Below are positions 13,692 to 27,234 of a stretch of DNA of 64,000 nucleotides, one piece after another (position 1 is the stretch's first letter; every line of letters starts with the position of its first letter). The notes under the pieces were generated by a model, which made no database searches, was not told the origin of the DNA, and worked only from the letters and a program-made list of their open reading frames with translations. A program made the translations under genes and the position numbers. The stretch lies in NCBI GenBank assembly GCA_964016885.1, contig OZ024741.1, forward strand, positions 32,116,001-32,180,000. The letters are read 5' to 3'. Source of the DNA: Eledone cirrhosa. Lineage: Eukaryota.

Positions 13692-14040
13692 AGGGAAGAA
13701 GACGCACGAGGTGGTAGAACGTCACGAAATTGCTCCCGTAAGTTTTTTGATTTTTAACATATTTAAATCAATTGTGAAAGAACAATTCTTAGCACAAATG
13801 TTGCATAAAGGCACCGAATGAGGTCCCATAAAGTTTCGGATCCATATTATATTGTTGTATCGCTCAAATATTCAATTTTGTATTATATATTTTGTATTCA
13901 AAAAAAGAAAATGGTTATAAATGGAACAAAACACCCTCTGTCTACACTATATAGAACAGCGGCAATTTCAATTTCACCAACACCAGAAACTTGATACACT
14001 ACCTATCCCATCACACTAAATATAACGGCAACTTCACCGG
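13692..14040. repeat. Unclassified repeat X, copy 2
   Basis: Homologous to 3101-3480. Confidence 0.8.
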
Positions 14041-14742
14041 TTTCATAATAATAATTACTATTATTATTGTCTCAAATTTAAAAAAAATGTTTAATTCAAA
14101 TTTTACGGGAATATGTCAACACAAAATATAATGAAAATATATATTAAACATACGAACACAAACTCATAGATACTATATCAGTAACCACAACACCACCGCT
14201 GCCACCACCCCACCACATCCATCATCGCCGCCACCACTCATTCAATGCTACTGACACTATTCCCCTGTTAACTTGAGAGAGAAAAGGGAAGGTGGTGGTA
14301 GCACTAGACAAGAGAGAGGCTAGCAAAAGATATAAATAGATTGACTTGGTGACCTTGCCACGGACAAACGTCTACATCAACAATTATGGGACTGCTGGCT
14401 CACCCCTTCCTCACCAACAATATAAAAAGCCCCGGCACCACCACCGACATAGCCAGCAGCAATAACAGCCAACAACAACAAAAAGTATATTATATTATTG
14501 TAATGCACTGGGTGATTGCTGGCCTGGAGTGGAGACAATTATTAATAATTTCATTCTTAAGCCACGCAATGCTCACATTAAGGAACCACTCATGATAATA
14601 ACAATTTAAAAAAAACAACAAAAAGAAAACCCCGTGACCAAGAAATACCGGGATGGCGGCCGGCGGGGAATAGCCATGTCTCTAGGGGAGAACGACCCCT
14701 CTAGTCTTGGTTGACACTCGTTCTAGAAGTGGTAACACGAAA

Positions 14743-16300
14743 CAGACATTAATCTTGATCGGGGGAACGTGATAAGAGAGCTTGATCAAGAACAAACTTA
14801 CAAATATCTAGGTGTTTGTGAAGGAGACGGAATCAAGCACTCGACAATGAGGGAAAGGATAAGGAAGGAATGTTACCGCAGAGTCAGAGCAATCTTAAGA
14901 ACGGAATTGAATGCAAGGAATAGGATCGATGCCATAAACACGCTTGCCATACCAGTAGTAACCTACAGTTACAATGTCATCAACTGGTCAAGCACAGAGA
15001 TCCGTAGGCTCGATACAAAAATCCGAAAATTCTTAACCATGCACAGAATGCATCACCCTAAGGCAGACATAGATAGAATATATCTCCCTAGGAAAGAAGG
15101 AGGACGTGGGTTAATCCAGTTAGACATTGCGTTGAAAACTGCAACAATTGGATTATCCACATATCTAAGGGAATCACATGATTGGATGATCAAACTCGTT
15201 TTGAAACACGAAAGCACCAAAAGATCATATTCCATTACAAAAGATGCACAAAGATACAGTAATGGACTACAAATTTCAGAAGTCCCATTTACTGCTGAAA
15301 TGGAAAACACAGAAAAAGCAAAGCAGGTAAAAGTAACTGCAAAGAAAGAACTGCTACAGAAACTGGCTAAGAAATGGCAAGAAAAGCCTCTGTATGGAAA
15401 ATACCCACAGCGAGCTAACAATCCTGATGTTGACAAAACTTTAACCCATCAGTGGTTGGCATCCTCTGGACTGAAATCGGAGACTGAAGGACTGATTATA
15501 TCCGCACAAGATCAGTGTCTGCCAACAAAAAATTACCAAGCCAACATAATAAAAAATGGGTGCAGCCCATTATGCCGTGTATGCAAAAAACAACCAGAGA
15601 CCATTGACCATATAATTTCAATGTGCAGTCCTATAGCTCCAACCGAATACCTAAACAGGCATGACAGAGCTGCACAATACATACATTGGATAATGTGTAA
15701 GCATTTTGACCTGCCCCATCAAAAGAATTGGTGGGAGCATCAACCACCTCCCATACTTGAAAAAGATCACATCTCAATCTTGTGGAACTTTAGCATCCAA
15801 ACAGACCGAAAAATAGATGCAAATAGACCTGATATAATATTGAAGGACTTTCAAAGGAGGGTATGCCTGCTAATTGATATGTCTGTTCCAATAGACAAGA
15901 ATGTATCTATAAAAACATTTGAAAAATTGAGCAAGTATAAGGACCTGGAGATAGAAATTGGAAAAATGTGGAAATTGAGAACTAAAACAATACCAGTGGT
16001 TGTAGGCGCTCTGGGAATGATACCTAAGGGGTCTAACGACTACTTATAGCAAATCCCAGGAAACCCGCGTATAGGAGAAATACAAAAGATAGTACTAATG
16101 GGAACTGCCCATATACTAAGGAAGATCCTGTCAATATAAGTACATCACAAGTCTAAACACTAAGGATGCATGTGTGAATATGTGTGTTCTTTCTTGAACA
16201 TGGCGGACCTTGTTGTCTCTTGAGGTCACTGGTTGTGACTTGGTGATAACTCGTATAAACATAAAGCAAGATAAATGCAAATAATAATAATAATAATAAT
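14743..16300 (+). mobile_element. R4/Dong family 2, 5'-truncated copy
   Basis: ORF 14769-16049 (YKYLG, GGRGL, CRVC...H...C, RHD, RPDI); near-identical to 18997-20540; (TAA)n tail. Confidence 0.9.
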
Positions 16301-16334
16301 GTTTTCTTTATTAACCACAATGTATTTATTAACC

Positions 16335-16740
16335 AGAATGTATCTATAAAAACATTTGAAAAATTGAGCAAGTATAAGGACCTGGAGATAGAAATTGGAA
16401 AAATGTGGAAATTGAAAACTAAAACAATACCAGTGGTTGTAGGCGCTCTGGGAATGATACCTAAGGAGTCTAATGATTACATATCGCAAATCCCAGGAAA
16501 CCCGCGTATAGGAGAAATACAAAAGATAGTATTAATGGGAACTGCCCATATCCTAAGGAAGATTCTGTCAATATCAAGTCTAAACATCACAAGTCTAAAC
16601 ACTAAAGATGCATGTGTGAATATGTATGTTCTTTCTTGAACATGGTGGACCTTGTTGTCTCTTGAGGTCACTGGTTGTGACTTGGTGATAACTCGTATGA
16701 ACATAAAGCAAGATAAATGCAACTGTAATAATAATAATAA
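16335..16740 (+). mobile_element. R4/Dong family 2, 0.4-kb 3' fragment
   Basis: KYKDLEIEIGKMW...IPVVVGALG, 3' UTR and (TAA)n tail. Confidence 0.88.
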
Positions 16741-16744
16741 AGTA

Positions 16745-19700
16745 AAATAAAGTAAATGTCTAATGATAAAATCTCATACCGGATCGGCCGTCACCCGGGT
16801 AAAAAAGGGCCGCGTCCCTCAGAGAGGAACCAGACTGGGGTCGAAAAATCAGCTGATGGTTCAAACCTTCCCATCACTTCGGAGCTGGAGACCTCCCATA
16901 ACCGGAATACTCCTACTGTTGGCCCTCCATGCTCACCACCAAGAAATCCAAAGAAAAAGAGAGAAAAATGGTCAAGGGAAGATAATGAAGAAGTCCTTGA
17001 GGCTTTCTACACTGCCATGTACTACCCATCAAATACAGACATATATCAACTGGAAAAAGAAACATCCCGAAAACAGAGGCTATATTGACAGTAACAAACT
17101 AGCCAATATACGAAGAAATATTGTAAGAAAAAAGTTACTAACTGATATAGAAATTGATCAGATCAAGCTATTAGCACAAAGTCAGCGAAGGGAAAATGAA
17201 ACATGTGTCAGTGAAAACGAGGTAAATTGTAACACTTCGAATCCCAGGGTTGGGGCGGAATCACTGGCAACAGAACAAATTAAAGAAAGGATCGAAAAAG
17301 TGGAGGGAGTGCATGCTCAAGATGAAACTCCAAATGAAAATAATGAGATCGTAAATGATAAAGAAATGAATGAGAATGAACTTGCCAACTTGAAGGATGA
17401 AATTATGATCGAATGGATGAAAATGAAAGAATCTGACATGGGGCAACAAGACACCCTCCCTAAGATCCAGAACTCCAAACAGAACCAAAAGATAATACAC
17501 AAGACTAACATAATTCTCAAAAACATTATCATCACAAACAAACTAAACATTACTGATTTAAATCATCTCTATTATGCATCGGCTAAAGTCACCACTCACT
17601 TATGTGGAGTGAAGATGAAAAAACAAAGGAATTCCCACAAGAAATCTACTTGGCAAGAGAACATCAACCGCCAAATAAACCTTCTCCGATCTGACATAGA
17701 AATGTTAACAAACTATAAAGTAGGTGAACATGTTAAACAAACTAAACTTAGAAAATTGAAAAAAAAGTACAGTATAAAATCAACAAGTGACATAGACATG
17801 CCGATAGAAATAATCAAACAAAAAGTGTCGGCCAAAGCTGCTCGTATAAGGCGCTTTGAAAAACGATCTAGATTCTATAAGGACAATAATATGTTCAAAA
17901 ACAACCAAAGAAACTTCTACAGAAAAATTGGTAAGTCAACAATAACTGCTAAATCAATACCACCCAAGGAGGAAGTGCAAGAATTCTGGGAAAAGATCTG
18001 GGCCGAAGAAAAAGTTCATGACATACATGCCCCATGGATAGACAGACAAATGAAAGATACAGCTCACCTTGAGGAACAAATATGGGAAAATATAACAGTT
18101 GAACAGTTGCGCTTGGCTCTAAGAAAAACCAGCAAATGGAAATCCCCAGGAAAAGACAAAATACAAAACTTTTGGATAAATGCCTTCACAGAGTCTCATG
18201 AGCTGTTAGCCCAACTTTACAATGAAATAGTTAAGGAGCCAGAAAAGATACCATCATGGCTAGTTAACGGCATTGCATTCCTGCTTCCGAAGAATGATGA
18301 GACAAACAATCCCAAAAATTACAGACCGATAACTTGCTTGACCACTATGTATACAATTTTAACATCAGTCCTAACTGAATACACATATGACCACCTGATA
18401 ACAAGTGACCTATTTCCCATTGAGCAGAAAGGGTGTAAACGAGGCTCATATGGCTGTAAGGATCAGCTTCTGGTTAACAAAATGATACTGGAAGATTGTC
18501 ATAATAGACACAAAAATCTATCGATTGCTTGGATAGATTATAAAGAAGCATTCGATAGTTTGCCAAACAGTTGGATTGAAAAATGTTTAGAGATTTTCAA
18601 AATATCCCCCGTTGTCAGGAGGTTTTTGTCATTCAGTATGAAGACATGGAAAACGACACTCCTTTTGAATAGTGAAACAAAATCACTGGAAGCTGGAGAA
18701 GTTAATATTAATTGTGGAATTTTTCAGGGTGACTCTTTATCACCGCTTTTATTCTGCATCGCACTTATACCATTAAGTAAAATGCTCAATGAAACAAAAC
18801 ATGGATATAAAGTCTATGACAAAACCATTAATCACTTGTTCTACATGGATGACCTGAAACTATTTGCAAAAAATGATGAACAATTGCAAGGGCTATTATC
18901 CACTGTGGAGCAGTTCAGTGATGACATTATAATGGAGTTTGGACTAGACAAATGCGCCAAAGCAACGTTCACCAGAGGAAAGCTGCTGAAGAGTTCAGAC
19001 ATTAATATTGATCGGGGGAACGTGATAAGAGAACTTGATCAAGAAAAAACTTACAAATATCTAGGTGTTTGTGAAGGAGACGGAATCAAGCACTCGACAA
19101 TGAGGGAAAGGATAAGGAAGGAATGTTACCGCAGAGTAAGAGAAATCTTAAGAACGGAATTGAATGCAAGGAATAGGATCGATGCCATAAACACGCTTGC
19201 CATACCAGTAGTAACCTACAGTTACAATGTCATCAACTGGTCAAGCTCAGAGATCCGTAGGCTCGATACAAAAATTCGAAAACTCTTAACCATTCACAGA
19301 ATGCATCACCCTAAGGCAGATATAGATAGAATATATCTCCCTAGGAAAGAAGGAGGACGTGGGTTAATCCAGTTAGACATTGCGTTGAAAACTGCAAGAA
19401 TTGAATTATCTACATATCTAAGGGAATCACATGATTGGATGATCAAACTCGTTTTGAAACACGAAAGCATCAAAAGATCATATTCCATTACAAAAGATGC
19501 ACAAAGATACAGTAATGGACTACAAATTTCATAAGTCCCATTTACTGCTGAAATGGAAAACACAGAAAAAGCAAAGCAGGTAAAAGTAACTGCAAAGAAA
19601 GAACTGCTACAGAAACTGGCTAAGAAATGGCAAGAAAAGCCTCTGTATGGAAAATACCCACAGCGAGCTAACAATCCTGATGTTGACAAAACTTTAACCC

Positions 19701-20562
19701 ATCAGTGGTTGGCATCCTCTGGACTGAAATCGGAGACTGAAGGACTGATTATATCAGCACAAGATCAGTGTCTGCCAATAAAAAATTACCAAGCCAACAT
19801 AATAAAAAATGGATGCAGCCCATTATGCCGTGTATGCAAAAAACAACCAGAGACCATTGACCATATAATTTCAATGTGCAGTCCTATAGCTCCAACCGAA
19901 TACCTAAACAGGCATGACAGAGCTGCACAATACATACATTGGATAATGTGTAAGAGCATTTTGACCTTCCCCATCACAAGAATTGGTGGGAGCATCAACC
20001 ACCTCCCATACTTGAAAAAGATCACATCTCAATCTTGAGGAACTTTAGCTTCCAAACAGACCGAAAAATAGATGCAAATAGACCTGATATAATATTGAAG
20101 GACTTCAAAAAGAGGGTATGCCTGCTAATTGATATGTCTGTTCCAATAGACAAGAATGTATCTATAAAAACACTTGAAAAATTGAGCAAGTATAAGGACC
20201 TGGAGATAGAAATTGGAAAAATGTGGAAATTGAGAACTAAAACAATACCAGTGGTTGTAGGCGCTCTGGGAATGATACCTAAGGGGTCTAATGATTACTT
20301 ATCGCAAATCCCAGGAAACCCGCGTATAGGAGAAATGCAAAAGATAGTACTAATGGGAACTGCCCATATACTAAGGAAAATTCTGTCAATATCAAGTCTA
20401 AACATCACAAGTCTAAACACTAAAGATGCATGTGTGAGTATGTATGTTCTTTCTTGAACATGGCGGACCTTGTTGTCTCTTGAGGTCACTGGTTGTGACT
20501 TGGTGATAACTCGTATGAACATAAAGCAAAATAAATGCAACTGTAATAATAATAATAATAAT
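16745..20562 (+). mobile_element. R4/Dong family 2, near full-length, disrupted
   Basis: ORFs 16756-17088, 16763-19534 (KSPGKD, NYRPITCL, QGDSLSP, YMDD), 19553-20038 and 20035-20457; (TAA)n tail at 20544-20562. Confidence 0.92.
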
Positions 20563-23500
20563 GATTTCTTTATTGGCCACAAGGGCTGACATCAAGAAAA
20601 ACATTACATACGGCACAGGATGGTACAGGACGGTACGATGTGGGTTTTGTGCGTGTAAACATTTTTATTATTTATATAAGAAAAGAAAAAAAGGACATAG
20701 AAACATATATATATAAACAATAAAAATGAAAATTGAAACAATGAAAAATTCCCCAATAAGGGGGAAGCCTCCGAGAGTTACTCGTCGCGAAAACCACACA
20801 AAAGAGCACGGCCACGCTGACCACCAAGGCAAGCGCCCTCTCTCAATTTTTCCATCTCTCAAACTACAGACGTATATTCACTCGGACCATTCTCGCTACA
20901 TTGACCCACCTTTCAACAAACTTGCTAGAAAGCAGCACTTGCCTCTCCACCCTGATTTTCCTCTTCAAGTGAAACCTGAAAAAGTTAATTAGGGATTCGC
21001 CGAAGAGGAAAGTGTCTGTCTTTAACCCTTTTAACCTTGTCCACCACACAATCTCTTTCACCATGACCACCAGGCAGATGATAACCGCCTGCCCTTCCTC
21101 CTCGAAGGAAGACGGCGAGACCATCTGCACAATGGACTCAGTCGACAACCGGATCAGTCCCACACGCGACAACAGCTGTTCGACATAGCTCCACAAGTCA
21201 GCAATGCTCGGGCACTGAATGAGTGCGTGCACGACGGTTTCGTCGCTCTGCGCGCATCTCGGACAGGCTCGGCTGACGGCACTTCCGTGCCTGTAGAGCT
21301 TATTTCGAACCGGCAGCGCTCTCCGGTAGCACTGCTAGGCCAGGGATTTTGGAAGTTATCCATAGGCCCCGGGCTGAAAGTTCTCCGGAAGAGAGCAAAC
21401 AGCTGATCTTCTTCGACGCCCAGGATCTCTCCGAGAATGTCATCGCTCTTCCCCTCCACTAGTCCTCTATAGAACGCCGAGGTGGATGTTCCACCGATAC
21501 TGGTGTCCAGCTGGGAGAGGGCAGTGAGCGCCTGGAGACATTCCAGTTTCCAAGCGCTATCCCTCGGTCTTTTTCTGATCCAGGACTGCAGCTCCGTCAA
21601 AGAGAGGAGCTGTGGTAAAACGTGCCTGGCGAACGGCGACCACACCTGTTCACCATCAAGGAAGCACCAGAGATGTCGCAGCCTCAGCGCATGTTTGCGC
21701 ATCATCAGCCATGGCATGCCCAGTCCTCCACGCAACGTGTGTTGACAGCAGATGGATCGTCTGACCATGGGAGCGCGTTCCTTCCACACAAAGCGGAAGA
21801 GGAGGCGCTCCATTTTGGTGAGAGTTGGGCTGGAGAAGGGACGACGGTGAGGCGGTAGCAGATGACGGATGCGATGTACGCATTCGCCACCTCCGCCCGT
21901 CCTTTCAGGGACAGCTTCCTCTCAGCCCATTTCTGGGTAAGGGAGGGCACTCTGCTCGTCACCTCGTTCCAGTTTCTCTCCATCTGGAGGTCCGGTCCGA
22001 ACCGGACCCCGAGCAATTTAACCGGTCCGTCCGTCCAACTCCCCACGACGCTGTCGCACGGCATGGACTTGCATCTACAGGTGCCGAGCTGCAAGCCCAC
22101 CGACTTTTCCTGGTTTATCTTTGCTCCTGTCACCGCATCGTATTCCTTGAGAGCGGTGCCGAACATCTGGACGTGTCTTGTGCTCGACACCACCACGGTG
22201 ACGTCGTCAGCGTAAGCAGACTCGGATTCCCCGCATCCTAGTTCGCGTGGGACGCCCCTCATCGCCACCAGTTTGTGCAGTAACGGCTTGAGAGCCAATA
22301 CGTACAAGAGGGACGAGAGGGGACAACCCTGGCGAACTGAGCGCATGATGCTGAACGGCTGCGACAGGTGACCGTTCACCCTCACAACTGAGCAGATGTC
22401 GCTGTACATTGCTGCGATCCAACCCCTGAAAACAGGCCCGAATCCGGCTGCCTCGATGACAGACGCCTGGTACCGATGGTCGACCCTATCGAATGCTTTG
22501 GATTGATCCAAGTTCATCAGGGCCCCACCCGTGCCAGGTTCCTTAACCACCTTCTCTATGATGTATCGCATGAGGTGGAGGTTGTCTTGTATGGATCTAT
22601 CCATCCGGAATGGCGCATGTCTGCGCCTCTCCCACCAGACCCTTGACGACAAGCGCCAACCTCGTTGCTAACACATTGGCCAAAATCTTGAACTCTGCGT
22701 TTAGCAGGGTTATGGGCCTGAAATTATCGATAACATCCCCCTTGTACGGGTCTTTTCTCAGCAGCGCCACTGCTTCCCGGCTCACAAAACTGGGAATGCT
22801 CCCGTTCTGCTGCCATTTGCAGCAGACGTCTGCCAAGAGGTCACCAAACAAGTCTGGTATAAATGCATAAAGCTCGTAGGGCAGACCATCCAAACCTGGC
22901 GATTTACCCCTTGTGCAGGTAGCCACCGCTTCCCGTATTTTACCGGCTGTTATTGGCTTTTGGAAACACTGTGCTGCAGTCGTTGAAAGCCGAGGCAGTC
23001 CATCGAGGTATGCACTGAAGTCCATGCCCCGAACCCGGCCGCCGCCGCTCCTTAACAGTTCAGCAAAGTGCTGCTGAAAAGCTTCACACATCCGCTCGGG
23101 TTCGAGCATCACACACCCGTTTCGGTCAGACAAAGATCGAATTGTGGCTTTGTTGCCACGTCGCGCCTCTGCCACCCGGGCCCATTGGACGGCTTTTGTC
23201 CCCTCGTATTTCAGAGCACGCGCTCTAGCTCTGACAACGCCGCCTTCGTGTTTTGCGTTGAAGAATTGGTCGAGTGCCAATCTCGCCGCAAGCACGTCGG
23301 TTGCGATGCCTATTCTAAACGCCTCTTCTAGCTTTCTGACTAGCTCTCCCTCTACTCTATTTCCCTCTATCACTACTCCTTTGCTAAACCAAATCGACTC
23401 TACTTTAATTGCCCTTTTCAGGGCGAACCACCACCTGTTGTTGACGATCGCTCCCGTCAACGCCCGCTTAACTAATACGCTAAACCTGTCTCTGTAGGCT

Positions 23501-24908
23501 TTGCGCGCCGGGAAAGACGCGTTCAGCTTCCAGTAACCAGACCCTTGTCTATGAAGTCTGTCTATGTCGATCTCACAGATAAAAAATGTGTGGTCTGTGT
23601 AGTCGACTATTTTAAATTGTGGACAACTTATACTAGCCTTATCTAGTTCTCTGCAGAATACCCTATCGAGATACGATCCGGATGACCCGATGCGGTTTGT
23701 CCATGTCCACATTGGCACATTCGGGTGATCTAGTCGATACCTGTCAGACAATTCAAAACGTCTGAGCAGGTTGGAGAGGCTCTTGCAGCCTCCTCCACTA
23801 TCCACTAGCCCCACACGATCCCAGCGTGCATCCAAGATACCGTTCCAGTCGCCCACTAACACTAAAGAGAGGGACGTTCCAAGAAAGGTCTCTAGACGTC
23901 TGAAGAAATCTGGCCGTCCTGCCCCTGTTGTGGCGTAGACGGCTACTAGCCTGAAAGCATTGCCTTCACTGCCGGTCACGTCCAGCACCACCGACTTACC
24001 TTCTGGTTCTAGGAAGATGGCCCGTATCGCGAGATCCAAGCCTCTCCGAAAAAGGACGGCGACCGCTCCCCCCGATCCTGGACGGCTGGGAGATGCGTAT
24101 ACATCGTAGCCGCTGAAGATCGGAGCGAAGGCTTGTGCTTCGGAGATTCTGGTTTCACTGATGGCCACCACATCTATGTTTAGTGACCTGACGTCGTTGA
24201 GCAGGTGACCCTGCTTCCAAGATGACCCCAGGCCACGTGCATTTATACTGCCTATTCTGAGTACGGCCATGTTGGATGAGAAACGCGGCATGTGAGAAAG
24301 GGTCACTTTCCTTGATCGTGTGGTGAAGGGACAGTAGAACCGTCCCTTTCGCTGGTCATGGGTGTTTCCAAGAGGATATCAATGTATATCCTCTTGGTAA
24401 CCGTCTCTCTGAAGTCTACAACTGAGTTGGGGAATTTTTGTTTTAAAGGTTTGTACTGTTCTATTGAGATTTCGATGATGCTTATGTTTGTCGGGAGAGT
24501 TCTTGGTGTTGGTGTGGTCTAGTAGTTTTTTTTTGTGATGTCTGTGTGCTGCTTTATATATTGTATGCGTTCTTTTTTTGCCATGTTTATGGCTGTGTAC
24601 TTTTTGGGGTGAGGGGTGATTTTGTTGCTGTTTTCTTCTTGTTGCTGTTTGGTGTGTGTGTCTTGTTGTGTTTGCGTTGTTGGTGTTTTTGGTGATGCTG
24701 GTGGTGGTGTTGTTGTTGATAGTGGTGCTTGTGGTAGTGATGGTGGTGATGGTGGTGATGTTGCTGCAAGTTTCCTTGCTGCATTTACCCTTCTTTGTAT
24801 GCCTTGGCTTTTGAAGGGTGAATCTAAGGTTTTTTTTTTCTTTTTTCTTTTTGGTGGCAGACCGTTTGCGACTTCACTCCCGCCTCAAACTCCATGTCAG
24901 ATTCTGTG
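20563..24908 (-). mobile_element. Tx1/L1 LINE, copy C, 5'-truncated within ORF1 and multiply frameshifted
   Basis: ORF2 pieces 22597-24270, 21705-22652 (YADD), 21154-21813 and 20864-21232; ORF1 C-terminal remnant 24300-24908; (AAT)n at 24909-24920. Confidence 0.92.
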
Positions 24909-25004
24909 AATAATAATAATAAAAGGTCTAAATCACAGTTGTAGGCGCAATATAGTAGATACCAATCAATATATATATTATATATATATATATATATATC
25001 ATAA

Positions 25005-25650
25005 ATCATCAGCATGTGGAAATCGACCAGATATACCGTCAACTAAACACAATTAAGTGTAAATTCAAACTTAGAAGAAATGCGTACATACCTTAATTAC
25101 CTCTACCATGGTTTCGTCCGTATTTTAAGACATCCTTTCTAACTTGATCGCTGCCACGTCACAATTCTTAACCATTTTTGAATCTATTTTTGGCGCGATT
25201 ACTTTGGAAAATTAAATGTCTAATTTTGAGTTCGCTCCTGATGAGTCCGAAGCTCTGGACATTCCCTGTTATCGGATGTCTTAAAATACGGACGAAACCA
25301 TGGTAGAGGTAATTAAGGTATGTACGCATTTCTTCTAAGTTTGAAATTACACCTAATTGTGTTTAGTTTACGGTATATCTGGTCGATTTCCACATGCTGT
25401 CGAAATGTTGGATAAATACTCTATCGTGGCCACCGCGAAGAGGCTGCTTTCGGTTATTTGTCGAAGATTTCTTCATAGGATCCTTTATTCTTATAGCTTG
25501 GTCTAATTGATTTTTTATAAGGTTAATTATGCTAATTGGGAGAGGAAATTACATATATTTTATCTAGTGATTCTAAAGACATGATTTATGATGTATTGCT
25601 CTGATTATTTAATTTATTAATTCTTCATTGTGCCAAAACGCGACCGGTTG
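25005..25650 (+). mobile_element. Fold-back PLE-derived non-autonomous element
   Basis: Inverted arms at about 25010-25137 and 25272-25400; flanked by (TA)n; contains a hammerhead motif. Confidence 0.6.
25235..25308 (+). ncRNA. Type I hammerhead ribozyme (canonical core)
   Basis: CTC-CTGATGA-GTCCG...CGGAC-GAAA-CCATGG-TA-GAG; palindromic stem III. Confidence 0.8.
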
Positions 25651-25691
25651 CAAAACATATATATCTATGACTTTATATATATGTAAACCTT

Positions 25692-25719
<28 letters not shown>

Positions 25720-25722
<3 letters not shown>

Positions 25723-26620
25723 TGTTATGCTTTGGGAGGGTCATGTTGCCAATAAGAAACACACGCACCAGTTGCTTTCACTCCAATTTATTATAAATTA
25801 AAATTATAAATTTAAGAATTTACAAATTTCCTGTTGGTTGGTTGGTTGGTTCCACAACCAGACGATTGTTCATATATTGTCAAAGTTCTTTCGTCACACA
25901 TTCTGTGACCTCTTCAGTGACTGGGGGTTCTTTTCTTTTCTTTGTTTTTGTGCCTCTCCTTTGTTATGTCCTACGCCATCTTGTTTTTGTGTGTGTTGTG
26001 TGCTTAATTTGCGCATGTATTACATCCGGGTGTCTGTGTGTGTTTTTATTTGTTTATTTACATGTTACTCGTTGGTTGTTTGTTCTATGTGTGTGTGTAT
26101 TTTCATTTTGTCCTTAATTGTAAGTTATGATGTTGCTATTCCATTCATGTTTTCTATTTAATTTTGGTTGGAATTCAAATAGAAAACATGAATGGAATAG
26201 CAATTTTACAACTTACAATTAAGGACAAAATGAAAACACACACACACATAGAACAAACAGCCAACCAGTAACATGTAAATAAACTAATAAATAAACAAAT
26301 AAAAACACACATACACCCGGATGTAATACATGCGCAAACTATGCACACAGCACACACAAAAACAAGATGGCGTAGGACATAACAAAGGAGAGGCACAAAA
26401 ACAAAGAAAAGAAAAGAATCCCAAGTCACTGAAGAGGTCACAGAATGTGTGATGAAAGAACTTTGACAATATATGAACAATCGTCTGGTTGTGGAACCAA
26501 CCAACCAACCGGAAATTTATAAATTCTTAAATTTATAAATTTAATTTATAATAAATTGGAGTGAAAGCAACTGGTGCGTGTGTTTCTTATTGGCAACATG
26601 ACCCTCCCAAAGCATAACAA
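25720..26620. repeat. About 0.9-kb imperfect palindrome centred near 26175
   Basis: Mirror ORFs 25838-26161 (+) and 26175-26508 (-); arms are diverged; flanked by (TA)n. Confidence 0.9.
26425..26467 (+). ncRNA. Minimal hammerhead-like motif (mirror copy 25879-25921, minus strand)
   Basis: GTCA-CTGAAGA-G-GTCACA...TGTGAT/C-GAAA-GAAC-TT-TGAC. Confidence 0.6.
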
Positions 26621-26677
26621 TATCGGTTTCAACACACGATTTCAGATAAAGAATGTTGCTAAACAAATTCAGAAACG

Positions 26678-26746
<69 letters not shown>

Positions 26747-26906
26747 GAATAGCTTTCACCGTATGTTTGACTAAAGGAATTTTAGCCTAATAATGGGGTT
26801 TAGAACCCTCAGATAAACGGACAAAGACGAGTATTGTACGTCAATACTCGTCGGGCCTGCTCACTGTTTCAAAACATACTTACTTGATATATATATTAAT
26901 TCAGAA

Positions 26907-26968
<62 letters not shown>

Positions 26969-27012
26969 CCTTAGGGTTCCCTTTCATTTTCATTCCGCTA
27001 AGATTCCCATTT

Positions 27013-27077
<65 letters not shown>

Positions 27078-27234
27078 TGTTTTTATAATTACTTTCAGAT
27101 CAGTAATCTCATTTTTTATCGCGTGCTTTCAATGTGAAACCGAAGACAATCGCGTGTGACTTGTGTATATGAAATGTTTGTGTTGTTTTGTTTTTTGTGG
27201 TTTCTGGTCTATTGAAATTACTCAGAGTTCAAAT

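Noticed and set aside
218-24000. Many short ORFs antisense to or overlapping the LINE ORFs
   Set aside because: Shadow frames with no recognisable motifs.
26826-26852. Hairpin GACGAGTATTG-TACGT-CAATACTCGTC
   Set aside because: Isolated 11-bp stem, probably a fold-back remnant; no function can be assigned.
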